A DNA stretch of 18,596 nucleotides from a virus (Duplodnaviria > Heunggongvirae > Uroviricota > Caudoviricetes), in IMG/VR virus record IMGVR_UViG_2703718820_000014; one strand, written 5' to 3'. The notes below the pieces were generated by a model, which made no database searches, was not told where the DNA came from, and was given only the letters and a program-made list of their open reading frames with translations. The number at the start of each line of letters is the position of its first letter. Positions within the stretch are counted from its first letter, which is position 1. The translations under genes were made by a program, and so were the position numbers. Positions 14,760 through 18,596 of this stretch are shown piece by piece.

Positions 14760-14851
14760 TCCACCAGCCATATTAACGCCATACCCGTTGATTAAGCATG
14801 CCAGCAATGGCAGGGGTTCGTACAACCTTAAAATAGTTATGAGGTTTATCC

Positions 14852-17290
14852 ATGAGCACTGATAAAGAAGAATTTTCGCTATATTGCGAAGCAAAAAATG
14901 ACAAGGTCAGAAAACGCCTTGGGATTAAAGGAGGTTTTTACTGGACTACAGCAAAAAAATTATCTGTTGCCATCTCACGGTGCGTTGTTGCAATGGACGA
15001 GGCAGGCTACGACGCTGATGATTTCAAAAAACCTGTCCGCGTCCATTTCCCCGTTGTGAATGACCTTCCACCGGAAGGCGTGTTTGATACCGAATTCTGC
15101 AACCGCTATGAAAAAGGCGGGGAAGATGGCATCACAATGATATTTATAGCGCCTTCCCCCTCAGTTCAGGACAAACCAGCCAGCACTGACAATACCAACG
15201 TCAATGGCGAAGACATGGCTGAGATTGAGGATAATATGCTCCTGCCGATTTCCGGTCAGGAACTGCCCATTCGCTGGCTTGCGCAACATGGCAGCGAAAA
15301 ACCGGTAACGCACGTTTCACGGGAAGAACTTCAGGCATTACATATCGCACGAGCTGAAGAACTGCCGGCTGTTACTGCCCTGGCTATTTCCCACAACACA
15401 AAGCTGCTCGACCCGCTGGAGATTCGCGACCTTCACAAACTGGTACGCGACACAGACAAAGTTTTCCCTAATCCCGTTAATTCCAGTCTGGGGTTAATGA
15501 CTGCTTTTTTCGAAGCATACCTGGACGCTGACTATACCGATCGAGGTCTGCTGACAAAAGAGTGGATGAAAGGAAATCGTGTTTCTCGCATCACCCGCAC
15601 GGCTTCCGGTGCAAATGCCGGTGGCGGAAATAAAACCGATCGTAATCCTGACTTAGTACACACCCTCGATACTCTGGATGTGGAGGCTGCAGCAGCCACA
15701 CTTCCGATGGATTTTAATATTTATGAAATACCCGTGAGCGTTTATCTTCGCGCAAAAGAAATCGTCCTGAAAAAAGAAAGTCCGTTCAGGGAATGGTCCG
15801 CAGCACTTCGCGCAACCCCTGGTATCCTGGACTATTCCCGCGCAGCTATTTTTGCACTTATCCGGAGCGCCCACCCTGAGTTTTATCACTACCCGGGACG
15901 CCTTCAGGGGTATATCAATGCCAACCTGACAGAAACTGATCACGAGAATCCCACAGCTGAAACGCTCATGGCTGCCCGGCATACACCGGAAAAAGATATC
16001 CTGGAAGAAATTAACGGCGGACTGGCTGCTGAGTGCAAAACAGAAGAAGAAAAAAATGATGAAGAAAACCCGCAACCATCTGGCGCAATGGCAGATGAAC
16101 AGGCAACGGCTGAAACAATGGCAGCGGATACAGTTGAACATCATCAGGACCCGCAGCCGCTGGATGACAAGTCACAGGTAAAAGTTACTGCTGAAGAAGT
16201 AAATAAAATTATGGAGGCAGCAGACATCAGTCGACCAGATGCCGACAAATTGCTTGCCGCTTCTCGTGGTGAGTTTGTTGAAGGGATTAGCGACCCGAAT
16301 GATTCGAAATGGGTTAAGGGGATTGAAACCTGCGATTCTGTGAACCAGAACCAGCAAGAAACGGAACAGAACGGTCAGAAAGCGGAACAAAACAGCCCAA
16401 ATGCGTTACAAAACGAGCCAGAAACGAAACAACCTGAACCAGTAGTGCAACAGGAAGAGGAAAAAGTTTGTACCGCATGCAATCAGACTGGTGGTGGTAA
16501 CTGCCCTGATTGTGGCGCAGTGATGGGGGACGCAACCTACCAGGAGACATTCAACGAAGAAAGCCAGGATGAAGCCCGGGAAAAAGATCCGGAGGAAATG
16601 GAAAGTGCCGGACTCCCGAACAAGGAGTGCACCGAAGGCGATCAACATGCCAATGGCAATAATGAAACAGGCGAGACAGCAAATCCCTTAATTAAGGTGA
16701 ACGGTCATCGTGAAATCACATCCACCAGCAGGTTGTGGCACCATCTGATGATTGACCTTGAAACAATGGGCAAAAATCCTGACGCACCAATAGCCTCAAT
16801 AGGCGCTGTATTTTTCGATCCACAAACCGGAGAGCAGGGGCCTGAATTCAGCAAAATAATTGATATGGGTACATGTGGCGGCACTGTAGACATAAGCACC
16901 ATCGAATGGTGGCTTCAACGCTCTGGCGAAGCCCGTGCCGCCATTTTAGCTGATCGAATACCGCTTGATGATGCGCTTTTACAATTACGGGAATTTATAG
17001 ACGAAAACTCCGGTGAGTTTTTTGTTCAGGTCTGGGGAAATGGAGCCAACTTCGACAACGTGATTTTACGCCGTTCATATGAACGGCAGGAGATCCCCTG
17101 CCCGTGGCGTTACACCAATGATCGTGATGTAAGAACGATTGTTGCCCTGGGGCTGGTGATGGATTTCGATGCTCGAAGTGTCATCACATTTGAGGGTGAA
17201 CGCCATAATGCCCTGCACGATGCGCGTTACCAGGCAAAATACGTTTCAGCTATCTGGCAAAAACTGTTCCCGAATCAGGCTGATTTTTAA
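14852..17290 (+). CDS. RecE-N-terminal-like protein with C-terminal DnaQ-like (DEDDh) 3'-5' exonuclease domain
   Basis: 812-aa ORF with GAGGT upstream of ATG 14852. The N-terminal 600 aa contains blocks recalled from Rac RecE ([94 protein letters not shown]). The C-terminal domain has exo motifs [13 protein letters not shown] and HNALHDARY. Confidence 0.85.
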   Translation: MSTDKEEFSLYCEAKNDKVRKRLGIKGGFYWTTAKKLSVAISRCVVAMDEAGYDADDFKKPVRVHFPVVNDLPPEGVFDTEFCNRYEKGGEDGITMIFIAPSPSVQDKPASTDNTNVNGEDMAEIEDNMLLPISGQELPIRWLAQHGSEKPVTHVSREELQALHIARAEELPAVTALAISHNTKLLDPLEIRDLHKLVRDTDKVFPNPVNSSLGLMTAFFEAYLDADYTDRGLLTKEWMKGNRVSRITRTASGANAGGGNKTDRNPDLVHTLDTLDVEAAAATLPMDFNIYEIPVSVYLRAKEIVLKKESPFREWSAALRATPGILDYSRAAIFALIRSAHPEFYHYPGRLQGYINANLTETDHENPTAETLMAARHTPEKDILEEINGGLAAECKTEEEKNDEENPQPSGAMADEQATAETMAADTVEHHQDPQPLDDKSQVKVTAEEVNKIMEAADISRPDADKLLAASRGEFVEGISDPNDSKWVKGIETCDSVNQNQQETEQNGQKAEQNSPNALQNEPETKQPEPVVQQEEEKVCTACNQTGGGNCPDCGAVMGDATYQETFNEESQDEAREKDPEEMESAGLPNKECTEGDQHANGNNETGETANPLIKVNGHREITSTSRLWHHLMIDLETMGKNPDAPIASIGAVFFDPQTGEQGPEFSKIIDMGTCGGTVDISTIEWWLQRSGEARAAILADRIPLDDALLQLREFIDENSGEFFVQVWGNGANFDNVILRRSYERQEIPCPWRYTNDRDVRTIVALGLVMDFDARSVITFEGERHNALHDARYQAKYVSAIWQKLFPNQADF

Positions 17291-17356
17291 TGTTCAACCC
17301 ATATCGCCGCCCACAAGCTATAGTGGCGGCGGTCATGCTGTAAGGCACGTGACCAC

Positions 17357-17608
17357 ATGTACGAATTAACTCTATCGCCAGCAGAAATTCAAGAGATCAC
17401 GAGATACGAACGGTATACAAAACAGCAACAACAGTTAAGGTTGCACGGTATCCCATTTGTACCCGGTCCTAAAAACGAACCAATAGTTCTTCGCAGTGAT
17501 GTCCCGCGCGGACTGACTGCGATACCGAAAGTATCTGAACTGGTTTCTGCTGACCCCGATTTTGAGGCGCTGAACAATGGGAAGACCAAGAAAAAACAAA
17601 AAAGATAA
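17357..17608 (+). CDS. DUF4224-like small protein, putative excisionase / recombination directionality factor
   Basis: 83-aa ORF immediately upstream of, and overlapping by 32 nt, the integrase gene on the same strand; basic C-terminus. Confidence 0.55.
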   Translation: MYELTLSPAEIQEITRYERYTKQQQQLRLHGIPFVPGPKNEPIVLRSDVPRGLTAIPKVSELVSADPDFEALNNGKTKKKQKR

Positions 17609-18596
17609 TGCACTACCGCCACGTGTTAGATCGAATGGTTACAGTTACGTATGGAAACCCGAAGGAAGCACAAAAACTATAGGGCTAGGAAGAGTGCGGG
17701 AAACCAGCATAGCTAAAGTCTGGCAGAATTATGAACTGGAAAAAGCAAAACGCCACAACATAATGACCGTCGCTAAATTATGGCACATGTTTATGGATTC
17801 CCCCGCATTTACAGAACTGGCCCCCAGAACCCAAAAAGATTATCGGCAACATCAGAGGGCGTTACTGGCAGTCTTCGGAAAAGTACTGGCTGATAATGTA
17901 AAAATTGAGCAGGTAAGAATTTTCATGGATAAACGGGGGATTGAGAGCAAGACCCAGGCAAACCATGAACTGGCAAGTCTCAGTCGTGTATACGGGTGGG
18001 GATATGAGCGTGGATATGTGAAGAATAACCCATGCAAAGGAGTCAGGAAATTTACGCTTAAAGCCCGCACTGTTTACATCACAGATGAACAGTATGCGGC
18101 GATATATGCGGAAGCAATACCACAGTTACGCATTGCAATGGAGATATCCTATCTTTGTGCGGCAAGACTCGGTGATGTGCTCGAGCTGAAATGGCAGGAT
18201 ATTATGGATAAAGGAATCTACATTGAGCAAAACAAGACCGGCACCAAACAAATCAAGGAATGGTCTCCACGATTACGAACCGCGATCCAGTTAGCCAGAA
18301 ATGTATCTTCAGGCACATGTGAATATGTGATCAACACAACCAAGGGCGGGAAGGTCATAGCTAAAACGCTAAACAACTGGTGGAACCAGGCTAAACACGC
18401 AGCCGAGAAAAAATCCGGCGTCCCGTTTGGGTGCAATTTCCATGACATAAAAGCCAAAGGAATATCAGATTACGAAGGAAGCAGTCGCGACAAACAGATT
18501 TTCAGTGGACATAAAACAGAAAATCAGGTGTTGATTTATGATCGTAAAACAAAAATCACGCCGACACTGGATTTGCCACTTGTGGTCAGCAAGTAG
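17577..18596 (+). CDS. int: Tyrosine site-specific integrase (lambda Int family)
   Basis: 339 aa. N-terminus MGRPRKNKKDNALPPRVRSNGYSYVWKP and core LELKWQDIMDKGIYIEQNKTGTKQIKEW parallel lambda Int (MGRRRSHERRDLPPNLYIRNNGYY; CEMKWSDIVDGYLYVEQSKTGVKIAIP). Stop codon at 18594-18596. Confidence 0.9.
   Translation: MGRPRKNKKDNALPPRVRSNGYSYVWKPEGSTKTIGLGRVRETSIAKVWQNYELEKAKRHNIMTVAKLWHMFMDSPAFTELAPRTQKDYRQHQRALLAVFGKVLADNVKIEQVRIFMDKRGIESKTQANHELASLSRVYGWGYERGYVKNNPCKGVRKFTLKARTVYITDEQYAAIYAEAIPQLRIAMEISYLCAARLGDVLELKWQDIMDKGIYIEQNKTGTKQIKEWSPRLRTAIQLARNVSSGTCEYVINTTKGGKVIAKTLNNWWNQAKHAAEKKSGVPFGCNFHDIKAKGISDYEGSSRDKQIFSGHKTENQVLIYDRKTKITPTLDLPLVVSK

Larger units (their letters stand above)
1..18596. 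mobile_element. Lambdoid prophage (Qin/Rac-like mosaic), early, immunity, replication and nin/Q regions; both ends lie outside the window
   Basis: Co-linear phage modules: int and xis-like, repressor with divergent cro-like, O/P-like replication genes, RusA, Q-like, then a late-region esterase. No attachment sites identifiable inside the window. Confidence 0.85.

Noticed and set aside
15653-16648. Several - strand ORFs (163, 72, 78, 80 aa) inside the exonuclease gene
   Set aside because: They are antisense to the acidic low-complexity region of the 812-aa ORF, and GAA/GAG repeats create long open antisense frames by composition alone.
17296-17330. GC-rich imperfect hairpin between the exonuclease and the xis-like gene
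   Set aside because: The stem is bulged and no T-run follows on either strand; it could be a recombination or regulatory site but the evidence is too weak to call.
1-18596. tRNA genes, CRISPR array, Shiga toxin or lysis genes
   Set aside because: No T-loop-like GTTCGAATC-type sequence or cloverleaf candidates, no regularly spaced direct repeats, and no holin/endolysin-like ORFs in the window; lysis genes, if present, would lie beyond the left edge.

Overview
This window reads as the early/regulatory half of a lambdoid prophage with a Qin/Rac-like mosaic, probably from an E. coli-like Enterobacteriaceae genome. All calls rest on reading the ORF translations, motif recognition and recalled family sequences; no database search was possible, so family names are hypotheses, although gene boundaries and start-codon contexts were read directly from the sequence. 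Layout from right to left: a lambda-type tyrosine integrase and a DUF4224 Xis-like gene at the right end, then a + strand dicB-type early-left operon (ydfA-like, DicF-like sRNA, Rha-family gene, dicB-like, ydfD-like, and an 812-aa RecE-N-terminal-like protein ending in a DnaQ-like DEDDh exonuclease domain). Next comes a DicA-like repressor with a divergent Cro(YdaS)-like and YdaT-like pair, followed by the - strand rightward operon: O-like (DUF1376/DnaT-like) and lambda P-like replication genes, a nin-like block (winged-helix protein, HTH protein, DUF4406, two Ead/Ea22-like paralogs, DUF551, DUF968, RusA), a Q-like antiterminator with a tR'-like terminator, an orphan beta-class DNA methyltransferase, and the 5' part of a NanS-p-like sialate O-acetylesterase running off the left edge. 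Two toxin-antitoxin morons are inserted: HigB/HigA-like between the repressor and the early-left promoter, and ParD/ParE-like antisense inside the nin-like operon. No tRNA, rRNA or CRISPR array was seen. The most unusual items are the RecE-N/DEDDh exonuclease fusion with no annealing-protein partner, the diverged DicF-like sRNA, and the Rha-family gene with a 99-codon open in-frame extension.
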